Below, piece by piece: positions 1 to 10,005 of a stretch of 64,000 nucleotides of DNA. The stretch covers positions 192,001-256,000 of the forward strand of contig CAVYTU010000009.1 of the NCBI GenBank assembly GCA_963771465.1, in the 5' to 3' direction. The DNA comes from an uncultured delta proteobacterium. Lineage in GTDB: Bacteria; Desulfobacterota; Binatia; UBA9968. The notes beneath the pieces were generated by a model. It searched no databases and was not told the origin of the DNA. It saw only the letters and a program-made list of their open reading frames with translations. The first letter of the stretch is position 1; each line of letters starts with the position of its first letter. The translations under genes were made by a program, and so were the position numbers.

Positions 1-1121
1 GGCTCTGCCAAAAGTCGCGCCCGCGCGCCTGGGCGAAAAGAAACGCCGAATATCCGGCCGACGCGACGGCGAACATGGCGGTGAGCCAGACTAGCCATGG
101 GTAGAGCATCCCGCCGGTAAAGATCAACGCCAGCCAAGCTGTCAGCAGGATGCCGAAAACCATCAACACGTAACCGCCCAGCACCAGCCACGAATTCAAA
201 TTCGGTTTGGTCAGCAAATAGAAAAAACGGCCGGGCTTTTTGAGATCGAGCACCAACAAAATCATTGTCACGGTCAAAAACAGCAGCGAGAACACGGGAC
301 CGAAGATGCTGAGCAATATCCCATCCTGTTCGAATCCCATATTAAGCAACAGCGCCGACAGCAACAGCACTCCCGCAGAAATCGACTTGGTCCAGAGATA
401 CGAGGCAATCTTTTTGCCCCACGGCGTCGCGTGCGCCACGTCGTACACTTCGCGCGCTACACCGGGTGTCGAACGGTCGGCGCGCTTGGTTTTAAGCGCG
501 TAGAGGTCTTCTCCCGGATCCTTGTCGGCCCAGAAATGAGTTTCCTGCGGCTCCATCATGGTCGGATTCAAGAGATCGCCGTCGACTCCAGCGTAGAAAA
601 GTTTCGGCTTGGTGCCCTTCTCCACCTTACGCACGCTGACTTTTTCCATGGCGATACGCTTGCTGATGGCTGCTATTGGAATCGTCGAGATCGCCGGAGA
701 GAATTGCTTGGGTGGGACAGACCACTTCACAGGCGGGCTTGTAACCCAACTCGACCCGCGAGGCGTCGAAGTTACACTTGGCCGCGGTATTACGTTCCGG
801 ATCGATATAAAGCGCGTCGTAGGGACAAGCCTGCATGCAGGATTGGCAACCGATACAGCGCTCGTTGTCGAAATCGACGATACCGTCGGTGCGGCGAAAC
901 AGCGACACCGTCGGGCAGATCTCGATGCACGGCGCATCGTCGCAATGATTGCAGCGCAGCACGGCGAAGTGGCGACGGGTGTCCGGATACTGCCCTTTCT
1001 CGACGTACTTAACCCAGGTTCGATTCACGCCGACGGCGATGTTGTGCTCTTCCTTGCAAGCCACCGTGCAGGCGTGGCAGCCGATGCAACGGTTCTGATC
1101 GATGAGAAATCCGTAGCGCAT
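1..1121 (-). CDS. 4Fe-4S dicluster (NrfC/DmsB-like) protein fused to NrfD/PsrC-type membrane anchor; +1 frameshift near 670; runs off the window start
   Basis: CIGCHAC, CNHCDDAPC and CIGCQSCMQACP motifs. After DLDDSNSS a 1-nt shift continues ISKRIAMEKVSVRKVEKGTKPKLFY...PWGKKIASYLWTKSISAG...LLVLDLKKPGRF...SWLVLGGY, which is typical NrfD sequence. Confidence 0.85.
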
Positions 1122-1239
1122 TGTGAACCTTTCCGATCAACTAACTTAGCTATCGAGATTGCAATTGAAAGTTTTGATTCTGATAGCAGGAATATTCAGG
1201 TGCGGTCAATTGAATGGAGCATAAATATTGCTGATTGTT

Positions 1240-1313
1240 GCACCACGAAGGATCACGAAGGGTTCGGAAAATTAAAATCCTAAACTTCGTGATCTTCGTG
1301 TTCTTCGTGGTGC
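1240..1313. repeat. Intergenic REP-like imperfect palindrome (CACCACGAAG..CACGAAG / CTTCGTG..CTTCGTG..CTTCGTGGTG)
   Basis: Inverted arms with tandem CACGAAG/CTTCGTG units around an AT-rich spacer. Confidence 0.8.
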
Positions 1314-1325
1314 GAAGAGTCTGCT

Positions 1326-2774
1326 TCAGTTCGGACGTGACGGAAATGCCGGCGGGATGATTTGCTCGACGCTGCGGCCAGCCCAATCGCGCGCTGACCA
1401 ATTGTCCCAGGCGCGCTTCGCACCGGCTTCGGCTTGCGCGAATAGCTCTTCGTCATCGATGCGCGTCGAGCGGCCGTTTTCGACCACCACTTCGCCGTCG
1501 ACAATCACGGTCTCGACATCGGCGCCGCTAGCGTATTCGACCAAAGCATTGATCGGATCGCGCACGGGACCGTAGCGAGTCGTGCGCAGATTGAGAATCA
1601 CGACGTCAGCCTTGGCACCGACCGCGAGCCGGCCTAAATCCGAACGGCCGAGGGCAGTCGCGCCACCGATGGTTGCCGCGTTGAAGACCGCTGCAGCGCG
1701 CGAACCCGAAGCATTACGATCGACGAGGCGCGAGATTAACGACGCGTAGCGCATCTCCGAAACGATATCGAGCGGATAACTATCCGTGCCGAGACCGATC
1801 CTGACCCCGGCTTCCGAATAACGATCGAAGGACTCCATGGCGAACGCCATTTTGGCGCATTTGTGCGGACAGTGGCCGACCGTGGCGCCGCTCTCGGCAA
1901 GTATCTTTAATTCGTCCCCCAACGGATAGTCGACCCGCGAGTGGCCGCCGGTGATCGCCATATGGCCGAGAGTGGTGCGCGGACCGAGAATGCCGACATC
2001 GGCGAGAAACTCAGCGACCGGCTTGCGATACTTGTTCAGTATTTCCAGGAACTCACGGAAGTTGCCGCCGGCGTGAATGTGGATCGGCACGTCTAATTCT
2101 TTCGCCGCCGCGACCGCTTCTTTAAGCAACGACGGTTCGCAAGTTTCCGCCTGTGCCGGATTCAAGAGGCCCTGCAGCCGGCCGTTGTGGGCGCCGTGGA
2201 ATTTCTTGATGAACTCTACGCCGGCTTTCAATCCAGGACGGCCTTTGTCCGGACGTTCCTCATAGTAATGGCGTCCTTCGGCATCGGTGAAAATATCGTG
2301 GCTGCGAAACGGCGGACTGAAAAAAACCCGGCCGCCGGTTTGTCCGACGATAGCGACGTAATCATCCAACGCTCCCGGTCCGCCGCCGGGATCGAGCACG
2401 GTCGTCGCGCCGTTTCTCAGTGCGCTGTAAAGTGCATATTTCCGTCCCAGGGCCACCGCGGGCGGCGCCGGTGGTTCGACTTTTTCTTTCAACGGCGCGC
2501 CGAAGACAAACCAGTTGGCGGCGAGATAATCTTTCTTGGTTACATCGGTGAGCAGATAATCGCCGACGTTCAACTGCGAGTGCACGTGCAGATTGACGAA
2601 ACCAGGACAGACGATTTTGCCGGCGGCATCGATCACACGGTCGGCAGATTGAGATTTGTCCGTGCCGACCGACTTGATCCTATCGCCGTCAATGAGAACG
2701 GATCCATTGGGAACAATTTCATGGCCGGCGCCGGACCAACCCACGACGACGCCGCCGTCGATGCGAATGCTCAT
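1326..2774 (-). CDS. Amidohydrolase family protein (SsnA/TrzA/chlorohydrolase-like)
   Basis: PGFVNLHVH, HIH, GLGTD and GAKADVVI motifs. Confidence 0.9.
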   Translation of the reverse strand: MSIRIDGGVVVGWSGAGHEIVPNGSVLIDGDRIKSVGTDKSQSADRVIDAAGKIVCPGFVNLHVHSQLNVGDYLLTDVTKKDYLAANWFVFGAPLKEKVEPPAPPAVALGRKYALYSALRNGATTVLDPGGGPGALDDYVAIVGQTGGRVFFSPPFRSHDIFTDAEGRHYYEERPDKGRPGLKAGVEFIKKFHGAHNGRLQGLLNPAQAETCEPSLLKEAVAAAKELDVPIHIHAGGNFREFLEILNKYRKPVAEFLADVGILGPRTTLGHMAITGGHSRVDYPLGDELKILAESGATVGHCPHKCAKMAFAMESFDRYSEAGVRIGLGTDSYPLDIVSEMRYASLISRLVDRNASGSRAAAVFNAATIGGATALGRSDLGRLAVGAKADVVILNLRTTRYGPVRDPINALVEYASGADVETVIVDGEVVVENGRSTRIDDEELFAQAEAGAKRAWDNWSARDWAGRSVEQIIPPAFPSRPN

Positions 2775-2809
2775 GCTGTTATCCTTTTTCGACTGGATTC
2801 GAAGCGAGA

Positions 2810-3520
2810 CTACGCCGGCAGCGTCGGCGTGTCGTCTGCGCGGCCGTGCAGCGCGTACCAGTAGATGTTATTCATGTAACGCCAACGCCTGACCGTCGCC
2901 TCTTCCACTTGCTTGATCGCCGCGTTTTCCAGTTCCGGCGTAGTACAATATTTTTCAACGATAGCGAAACCTTTGGAGCCATGAATTTCGTCGGCGTAAA
3001 TATGTTCCTCAAAGAAACGTATTTCCCGCGCGCGCGGTTTGTAACCGTAATGTTGAAGCAGCGCCGGCACTATTTTTTTACAGATGTCCAGGAACTGCGA
3101 TTCCAGTCCAATGAATAGACCGGCGGCGGCGACCGGCCAGGGTTTTTGGTACACCATCATCCAACCCCAGTTTTGCAGCTGCTCGGTACCGCCGAGCAGG
3201 ATTGAACTTTCGACACTATCGCGATCGACGCCGCTGGCCGCGACATAGTCTTTAAGCATGTCGAGATGGCGATCGTCGGGGTTTTCTTCGTCGCCAAGAT
3301 TCTCGTACAGGTAGTTTTTTACATCGCGCTCGGGAATTTGCGAAGCTAGATACGCAAGCCAGTTCAAAAATTCACCGACGAAATGATAGTGCTGGGTGCA
3401 GTAAAACGCGGTCTGCTCCTTGGTGAGCTTGCCCTGGGCCCAGAGCTCGAAAAACGGATGATTCTTGCTGTGCTTCTCGTCGCGCGTCGCGACCAATTGA
3501 TCGTGAAAAGCATTGCTCAT
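2810..3520 (-). CDS. TenA/PqqC/CADD-like heme-oxygenase-fold diiron enzyme
   Basis: NHPFF, ENLGDEE...H, LESQ and FFEEHIYADEIH carboxylate/His ligand pattern. Confidence 0.8.
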   Translation of the reverse strand: MSNAFHDQLVATRDEKHSKNHPFFELWAQGKLTKEQTAFYCTQHYHFVGEFLNWLAYLASQIPERDVKNYLYENLGDEENPDDRHLDMLKDYVAASGVDRDSVESSILLGGTEQLQNWGWMMVYQKPWPVAAAGLFIGLESQFLDICKKIVPALLQHYGYKPRAREIRFFEEHIYADEIHGSKGFAIVEKYCTTPELENAAIKQVEEATVRRWRYMNNIYWYALHGRADDTPTLPA

Positions 3521-3589
3521 TTTTCACCTCTGCGGAAAGTGGGTTCAATAATTCTTGGCCAATAATCTAGCATTGGTAAAAATAACAAC

Positions 3590-3626
3590 GCCGGCTGAGT
3601 ATCTACATACGATACCCGGCCGGCGC
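3590..3626. terminator. Intergenic stem-loop between TPP enzyme and HDO gene
   Basis: CGCCGGC..GTATC / GATAC..GCCGGCG inverted repeat. Confidence 0.35.
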
Positions 3627-3650
3627 CGATTCGTACGAATTTAAAGCGCT

Positions 3651-5387
3651 CTACCCTTCTCCCCGCTCGACAATCGACTCGACGGTTTTCAGCCGGATAT
3701 CCAATAGCGCCGATTGTCCGCCCGCCACCGCGCGTAGGCCGCGTTCGACCGCTTTGCGTACTTCACCTGGATCTTCGACTTTCTCGCCGTAGCCGTCAAA
3801 AGCTTTTATCATTAACGAATATTCCGGACACGGCGCGATGTGCAGTCCGGAAAAATTATTCGACTTCACCGCCCAACCTCCTGGATAGTATTTTGGCACA
3901 CCTGATTTCTGCGACAGATAACCCTGGTTATTAAACATGATGGTTAGGAACGGCAGGTTATGTTCCTGGGCCGCGCCGAAGGCCGCCGGAGAAGGATCGT
4001 AGTTAAACGAGCCGTCACCGATCAGACAAATCACCGGACGTTTGGGGTTCGCCGCTTTAACCCCAAGGGCAGTCGCTAACCCCGTCCCTAGGCCGCCGAT
4101 GCAACCATTGAAGAACGATCCCGGCGTGAGATTGTCGAAATAACGATGCACCGCCAAACGGTGCGTGATGGTCTCTTCGACGACCATGGCGTCCTTAGGC
4201 AACACCTGGCTGATCTCGTGGGCGACCCAGCGGGTGTCCATCGGTTTCTGATTGGCCAACGCCATCGCCTCTTCGCGCCATTTTTTCCGTCGCGCGTCGT
4301 TGGCGACCTTGAGATCTTCGGCTCGGCGCGCGCGCGCTGCATCGCCTTTGGAAACTTTCTTTTTCAGCGCCGCGAGCAGATGCTCCAGCGACGACTCGAT
4401 CTCGCCGGTGAGACAGAGATCGGACTGGTAGCCGTAATAAGGAATTTCGATGCGCAGCGGATTCTCATCGAGCATGGCAACTTTAGCGCCCTTCGATGGC
4501 GTAATGGAGGCCGGATGCCAAGGGGCGATGACGGCCAAGAGAAAGATTACGTCGGCGCGCTGCACCCCCTCCTTGGCATCATAACCACTGTGCAGCGGAT
4601 GGGTGCGCGGAATATTGATCACCCCCGTGCTACGGGTCTCCACCACGGGACAGCCGAGCAACTCGGCGATCTCGACCAGCGTCTCGACGCTTTTCATCGT
4701 CTTGCCGGCATCCTCGGTGACGATCACCGGATGCTCTGCGCCGGCGAGTAGGTTGGCGAGTTCTTCTATGCCTTTGGGATCGGCGGTTGCCAACGGCGAG
4801 CTGCCAAGATCGGACGGCACGTCCTTGGTCATGCTGTCGAAAAGATATTCCATCGGCACCGACACAAACACCGGTCCGCGCGGTCCGGCCATCGCCAAAC
4901 GGCAAGCGCGTTGCACCGTCGACGGTAATATCGCTTTGGTGTTGACGCCGAAACTCCATTTGACCGTGTGATCGACGAGCTTTGCCGGTCCGCCCAGATC
5001 ACCCAAATGTCCCTGCCATTGGCCGCCGACGTCCGGTCCGTCATCTTCGCCGAAACCGATCGACTCGCCGGCAAAAACCACCATCGGTATCTGTTCGTGC
5101 AGCGCCGCGCGCATCGCCATGGTCGCATGCAACGCGCCCACTGTGGTGTGAATCACCACCGCCGGCAACTTGCCGGTGGACTTGGCGTAACCGCTCGCCA
5201 TGCCAACGGCGATCTCTTCATGACGCGTGCTGTAATATTGTGGCATGCCCTCGACGCCCGGCTCGGCCAACGCCTCCCAAAGGGGCGACCACTCCGATCC
5301 TGGCGATGCGAAGATCTTCTCCACGCCCATCTTACCGAGCACGCGCAGCATCGATTGCGCTCCCGTCAGTCCTTTGGTTTGAATCAT
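3651..5387 (-). CDS. Thiamine-diphosphate-dependent enzyme (acetolactate synthase/benzoylformate decarboxylase superfamily)
   Basis: RHEEIA catalytic Glu; IGDGSF...FNN TPP-binding motif. Confidence 0.92.
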   Translation of the reverse strand: MIQTKGLTGAQSMLRVLGKMGVEKIFASPGSEWSPLWEALAEPGVEGMPQYYSTRHEEIAVGMASGYAKSTGKLPAVVIHTTVGALHATMAMRAALHEQIPMVVFAGESIGFGEDDGPDVGGQWQGHLGDLGGPAKLVDHTVKWSFGVNTKAILPSTVQRACRLAMAGPRGPVFVSVPMEYLFDSMTKDVPSDLGSSPLATADPKGIEELANLLAGAEHPVIVTEDAGKTMKSVETLVEIAELLGCPVVETRSTGVINIPRTHPLHSGYDAKEGVQRADVIFLLAVIAPWHPASITPSKGAKVAMLDENPLRIEIPYYGYQSDLCLTGEIESSLEHLLAALKKKVSKGDAARARRAEDLKVANDARRKKWREEAMALANQKPMDTRWVAHEISQVLPKDAMVVEETITHRLAVHRYFDNLTPGSFFNGCIGGLGTGLATALGVKAANPKRPVICLIGDGSFNYDPSPAAFGAAQEHNLPFLTIMFNNQGYLSQKSGVPKYYPGGWAVKSNNFSGLHIAPCPEYSLMIKAFDGYGEKVEDPGEVRKAVERGLRAVAGGQSALLDIRLKTVESIVERGEG

Positions 5388-5420
5388 CTTGCTTCCTTTC
5401 TCATGTTAGCTAAAAAGCGA

Positions 5421-5469
5421 TCAGCCGCCGGCTTCCAGTCTAGATTGTCAAACTGAAAGCCGACGGCTG
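5421..5469 (-). terminator. Long stem-loop, probable terminator or mRNA stabiliser
   Basis: TCAGCCG.CGGCTT.CAGT / ACTG.AAGCCG.CGGCTGA, followed on the minus strand by TCGCTTTTT. Confidence 0.55.
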
Positions 5470-5480
5470 ACGACTATGGG

Positions 5481-6500
5481 TTAAGATAGATTGTAAAAGC
5501 GCTTGGCGTTATTGAGCAAAAGATCCTTTTTGACCTCGAGGGAAAGATCTTCCCGATTCCACAGAATTGTCGCTGATTCCGGCCAGCTCATGTCCCAGTG
5601 CGGGTAGTCCGACGCATACATCAAAGTTTTGGAACCGATTTCCTGGGCCACGTAGCCGATCATCTTCTCTTCCGGCTCACAGCCATAGTAGCTGTTCTCA
5701 CTGAACAAATATTCGCTCGGTTTCTTTTTACACAAGGGTGCTTCCACCTTGCCGCGCTTTTCCCACTCCTCGTCCATGCGCTCGGCCCAATAGGGCAGCC
5801 AGCCGCAGCCGACTTCGAGGTAGCCGATACGCAACTTAGGAAACATTTCAGGAATGCCGCCGAATACCATCGCGGTCAGTTGGCGCAACACGGGAAAGGG
5901 ATGACCGCAGGTATGCAAGCTAATAAACTGATCGAAGATTTCGCTTCCCGGCTCGTCGCCACCGAAGGCATGAATGGTCAATGGCGTGTTCAACCGCTGC
6001 GCTTCTTCATAGAGCGGGTAGAATTCCGCACTGCCGAGATTCTTGCGGTGCGCTTGGGCCGCCAGCATACCACCGCATAAACCCAGCTTGGTGACCGCGC
6101 GATTGAGTTCCTTGGCGCATTCGTCAGGATTAGCCACCGGTAGATTGGCGACCGCTTTCAGGCGCGGCGATGCTTTGCAATAATCGGAGATAAAATCATT
6201 GTAGGCTCGGCACAGTGCAGTTTGAAACTTCGCATCGCGCACCCGGCCGACGCCCAGACCGCTGGTGGGAAACATAACGGCTGTGTCGATCTGCTGGGTG
6301 TCCATCGCCGCCAACCGATCCTCTACTTTTGCCGCCCCTTGACCCAAGGTGCCGCCGAGATTGCGATCATAATGTTCGCTCGGTATTAACGACGCTTTTT
6401 GACTTCGATAGGGCTCAGGCAAGTAGGGCCTGATCTCGCTGTCGAAATCGCGCGCATGGGCGTCCGAATCCAAAACTTTGATGGCATCACGCAATTTCAT
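5481..6500 (-). CDS. Amidohydrolase_2 family protein (LigI/ACMSD-like)
   Basis: DSDAH, AYND, FYPLYEEAQ, LEVGCGW and ASDYPH motifs. Confidence 0.92.
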   Translation of the reverse strand: MKLRDAIKVLDSDAHARDFDSEIRPYLPEPYRSQKASLIPSEHYDRNLGGTLGQGAAKVEDRLAAMDTQQIDTAVMFPTSGLGVGRVRDAKFQTALCRAYNDFISDYCKASPRLKAVANLPVANPDECAKELNRAVTKLGLCGGMLAAQAHRKNLGSAEFYPLYEEAQRLNTPLTIHAFGGDEPGSEIFDQFISLHTCGHPFPVLRQLTAMVFGGIPEMFPKLRIGYLEVGCGWLPYWAERMDEEWEKRGKVEAPLCKKKPSEYLFSENSYYGCEPEEKMIGYVAQEIGSKTLMYASDYPHWDMSWPESATILWNREDLSLEVKKDLLLNNAKRFYNLS

Positions 6501-6536
6501 AAAGCGCTCCTGAAGATTTTTTGTCTTAAACGACGA

Positions 6537-7673
6537 TCATGCCGCCTTCGGCAATGATGCCGGAGCGTTCAGCTTGTATAACTTGCGCACGTTGGTATTG
6601 AGCAGCTTCTCACGGTCCGCGGCGGACAAGTGAGCCATATCGCGCTCGATCACCGCTCGCGAGTTGGGCCAGGTCGAGTTCTGATGCGGATAGTCATTGG
6701 ACCACATGCAGTTGTCGACGCCCCACCAGGAAAACAGCTTGCCGCCGACCACGTCGTTAAAAAAGGTGGCATAAATCTGCTCGGCAAAATACTCGCTCGG
6801 CAGTTTGCTCATCTGGACTTTTTCCGAATGGCGATGGCGTTTGTAGCCTTTATCGCATTGACCGAGCCAGAAGGGCATCCAGCCGATTTCATTTTCCACT
6901 GAAACGATCTTCAGGCGCGGGTAACGCTCCAGCACGCCGCTATAGATCATTTCAAACAGCGCGTTTTCGATTTCGCGGGTTTGCTCGATACCGATGCGAT
7001 AGCGTTTCATGCCGTGGCTGGTCTGGCGGTGCATGCTGTCGCCGAAGCCGGTGAGAATATGCAGGTGCACCGGCAGGTCGAGATCCTGCGACGCCGCCCA
7101 AAAACGCTCGTAGTGATCCGCGGTGAACGGCAAGCTCGGATGCGGCACTTGCCAGATCATGGTGCCGACGACGCCCTGTTTCTTGCAGCGCTCCATTTCG
7201 GCGATGGCGTGATCGACGTTGTACATCGAGATCAGCGCCACGCCGAACAAGCGATCCGGCACCTTCTGGCAGTATTCGATGATCCAGTCGTTGTAGGTTT
7301 TAAACAGCCCTTCCTGCAATGCGGCGTCCTCGACGCAATAAAGGCCGAGTCCCAAGCTCGGATAAAGCACCTCTGCCGCCACACCGTCGGTGAACATGTC
7401 GCCTTGACGCTCGATGGGATCCCAACCGCCGGGGCGCGCCACGGCAAAGCCGGCCTTGCGAAACTTTTCTACATTCTCGGGCTGCTGCCCTGCCATGAAC
7501 AAACCGCCCACGGCTTGAACCTGCACTTCAGGCGAACCGAACATCCAGGCATCGCGCTGGTCATCGAAAAACATTTTCGGCGCGCGCTCCCGCAGCGACG
7601 CAGGCATACCCTTTTCCCACAGATCCGGCACTTCAATCACATGCGAGTCCGACGAGATAATTGATTGTTCCAT
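6537..7673 (-). CDS. Amidohydrolase_2 family protein
   Basis: SSDSHV, EVLYPS, HLH, VENEIGW and SNDYPH motifs. Confidence 0.92.
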   Translation of the reverse strand: MEQSIISSDSHVIEVPDLWEKGMPASLRERAPKMFFDDQRDAWMFGSPEVQVQAVGGLFMAGQQPENVEKFRKAGFAVARPGGWDPIERQGDMFTDGVAAEVLYPSLGLGLYCVEDAALQEGLFKTYNDWIIEYCQKVPDRLFGVALISMYNVDHAIAEMERCKKQGVVGTMIWQVPHPSLPFTADHYERFWAASQDLDLPVHLHILTGFGDSMHRQTSHGMKRYRIGIEQTREIENALFEMIYSGVLERYPRLKIVSVENEIGWMPFWLGQCDKGYKRHRHSEKVQMSKLPSEYFAEQIYATFFNDVVGGKLFSWWGVDNCMWSNDYPHQNSTWPNSRAVIERDMAHLSAADREKLLNTNVRKLYKLNAPASLPKAA

Positions 7674-7687
7674 AGTCCCTCCTGTAG

Positions 7688-8680
7688 CTATCTTTTAGCC
7701 CATAGTTGATCGAAAAATCCACTCTTTTCAATGTCCTCCAAGAACCTGTTGTCAACTAATTCCTGGGGCCGCACTTTCTTCGCGCGCGGCTCAGTTTGGG
7801 CCACTTCATCGAGGATCGCTTGCAAGGCTTCGGGTTTCACCACCAAGCGCGGCTCCAAGGCCTTGATCTCGGCGTTGTAAGCCGACTCCAAAATGGTCCG
7901 GTCGGTGACGCGCAAGTGTTTGCCCAGAACCTTATAGACAAACTCCCGATCGGTATGCATGAGCTTCGACGCCTCGGCCATGGCGCGCATGTACTGCGCC
8001 ATAGCTTGGTTTTTTTTGGCAATCGTCGAGCGCTTGGTCACGAACGCCGTCGCCGTGTAAGGAATTTTTAGATCCGGCCCGTAAATGACATAGTGATAGC
8101 CGCGCGCCAGCGCCTGGGCGTCGGTCGGCGGCGTCAAGCAAGCGACTTCAACACCACCAGCAAGCAGCGCCGTGAACGACTCCGGATCGCCGCCCGATTG
8201 GAGAAAGGTGTAGTCGCGGTTGGGCTCCATGTTATGACGGCGCAGCGCCTGGATCGTGAAGTAGTGCGAGTTGCTGCCGATCCGGCTGACGGCGATACGC
8301 TTGCCTTTAAGATCTTCCGGCCGTTTCAGATTGCCGCCGGCGACAATGTTTTGGGTCATTAAATTTTTCACGCTGCCGACATAGACGATTTCCGTCGAGC
8401 CGCGCACGAAGGCGATGACGTTGCCGACGCCGCCGGTCATGGTCATATCGGGATCGCCGCCGAGCAACGCCGCGGTAACGATGCTTGATGACGCGATGAA
8501 AACTAAATTGTGGTCGAGATTATATTTCTTGAATAACCCGGCTTCCTCGGCGATCCACGGCAAGGCTTGCGCCATCACCCGCGCCGAATAGATCGTGGTA
8601 AACTTCTCCGCCGCCGGCGCGGGCGCGGCAGCCATCAGCAGCAAGACCGGCAATATGCCGAGCAGAGCTCGCCGTCTCAC
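7688..8680 (-). CDS. ABC transporter substrate-binding protein (NMT1/THI5/SsuA-like)
   Basis: Signal peptide; EAGLFKKYNL and DLKGKRIAVS motifs. Probable GTG start overlaps the upstream stop (GTGA). Confidence 0.88.
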   Translation of the reverse strand: MRRRALLGILPVLLLMAAAPAPAAEKFTTIYSARVMAQALPWIAEEAGLFKKYNLDHNLVFIASSSIVTAALLGGDPDMTMTGGVGNVIAFVRGSTEIVYVGSVKNLMTQNIVAGGNLKRPEDLKGKRIAVSRIGSNSHYFTIQALRRHNMEPNRDYTFLQSGGDPESFTALLAGGVEVACLTPPTDAQALARGYHYVIYGPDLKIPYTATAFVTKRSTIAKKNQAMAQYMRAMAEASKLMHTDREFVYKVLGKHLRVTDRTILESAYNAEIKALEPRLVVKPEALQAILDEVAQTEPRAKKVRPQELVDNRFLEDIEKSGFFDQLWAKR

Positions 8681-9687
8681 TTCTTGCTCCACAATTGATC
8701 CATGAAGCCGCTCTTGTTCATTTCATCCAAGTAGCGGCTATCCACCAATTCCTGCGGCTTGATGTTTTTCGCCCGCGCGTCAGTAGGCGCCAACTCATCG
8801 AGGATCGCCTGCAAGGATTCCATCTTGATCGCCAGACGCGGCTCCAAAGCTTTGATCTCGGCATTGTAGGCTGAATCCAGAACGCTCCGGTCGGAGATGC
8901 GCAGATACTTACCGAGAACTTTGTAGAAGAACTCCCGATCGGTGTGGACCAATTTGGAGGTTTCCGCCATGGCACGCATAAAATTAGTTATCACTTGGGG
9001 TCGCTTGGCGATCACCGAGCGCTTGGTGACAAACGCCGTGGCAGCATAGGGAATCTTCAAATCCGGACCGTAGACGACGTAATGATAACCTCGCGCGATC
9101 GCCAGGGCATCCGTGGGCGGCGTCAAATTGGCGACTTCGAGGGAACCGCTCATCAACGCGGCGAGCGTCTCCGGATCGCCGCCGGTTTGCAAAAAACTGT
9201 AGTCCCGGTTGGGTTCCATGTTATGACGGCGCAGCGCTTGGATCGTGAAGTAGTGAGAGTTGCCGCCGATGCGGCTCACGCCTATCCGTTTGCCCTTCAA
9301 GTCTTCAACTTTTTTGATATTGCCGCCGGCGACCAGCGTCTGAGTCATGACGTTCTTCACGCCGCCGGTGAAAACCACGTCGGTGGAACCGCGCACGTAG
9401 GCCGCCACGTTGCCGATGCCGCCGGTGACCGTCATCTCGGCGTCGCCGCCAAGCAACGCGGCAGTGACGATATTGGACGAGGAAATAAACACTAGATTGA
9501 AATCAAGGTTGTACTTCTTGAATATCCCAGCTTCCTGAGCCACCCAGGGAAACGACTGAGACATGACACGGGCCGAGTGAATGCCGACTAGCCTGTCCGG
9601 CGCCGCGGCGCCACGCGCATCGGTACGTATGGCGATTATCACCAGCGCCATCAATATCCCAAAGATCGAATTGAAATATTTACACAT
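8677..9687 (-). CDS. ABC transporter substrate-binding protein (NMT1/THI5/SsuA-like), close paralogue of the neighbour
   Basis: Same motifs and long identical peptide stretches (NSHYFTIQALRRHNMEPNRDY). Confidence 0.88.
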   Translation of the reverse strand: MCKYFNSIFGILMALVIIAIRTDARGAAAPDRLVGIHSARVMSQSFPWVAQEAGIFKKYNLDFNLVFISSSNIVTAALLGGDAEMTVTGGIGNVAAYVRGSTDVVFTGGVKNVMTQTLVAGGNIKKVEDLKGKRIGVSRIGGNSHYFTIQALRRHNMEPNRDYSFLQTGGDPETLAALMSGSLEVANLTPPTDALAIARGYHYVVYGPDLKIPYAATAFVTKRSVIAKRPQVITNFMRAMAETSKLVHTDREFFYKVLGKYLRISDRSVLDSAYNAEIKALEPRLAIKMESLQAILDELAPTDARAKNIKPQELVDSRYLDEMNKSGFMDQLWSKK

Positions 9688-9701
9688 GAAGATCTCGCTC
9701 G

Positions 9702-9893
9702 TTAGCGTTGGCCGTAGAGTTCGTTGATGAATCCCGTATCTTCTAACTCCTTAATCAAGCGGATGTCAAAGAAGTCTTTGGTGTGCCGATCGAGGTGTGA
9801 CCTGGAGGAGCGAAGGCTTTGGCGCGAATATTTCATGGTGTGATCGGCGCTTGGTACCACATTTGAACTTTTCGCTGATGAGCGCATTGGCAT
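9702..9893 (-). pseudogene. C-terminal remnant of an NMT1-type substrate-binding protein
   Basis: KDFFDIRLIKELEDTGFINELYG matches the C-termini of the other SBPs in the window; upstream sequence is degenerate. Confidence 0.65.
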
Positions 9894-10005
9894 CTCGCCC
9901 TCGTCGCAGCTTCAAGGCGCAACTGCTTTGCCTTCGTTCCGGAAGGGTCACATCTCGATCGCCGTTTCACCGCGCATAATCCAAACTTGGAAATGGCCGA
10001 TAGCG

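Noticed and set aside
240-1283. Plus-strand ORFs 240-503, 431-1012 and 609-1283, and similar long antisense ORFs throughout (e.g. 24818-25648, 31642-32739, 32918-33586, 39605-40486)
   Set aside because: They are shadows of well-supported genes on the opposite strand in GC-rich DNA and have no family motifs.
2810-3520. pqqC of a PQQ biosynthesis cluster
   Set aside because: No pqqA/B/D/E nearby, and the ligand pattern fits a diiron HDO better.
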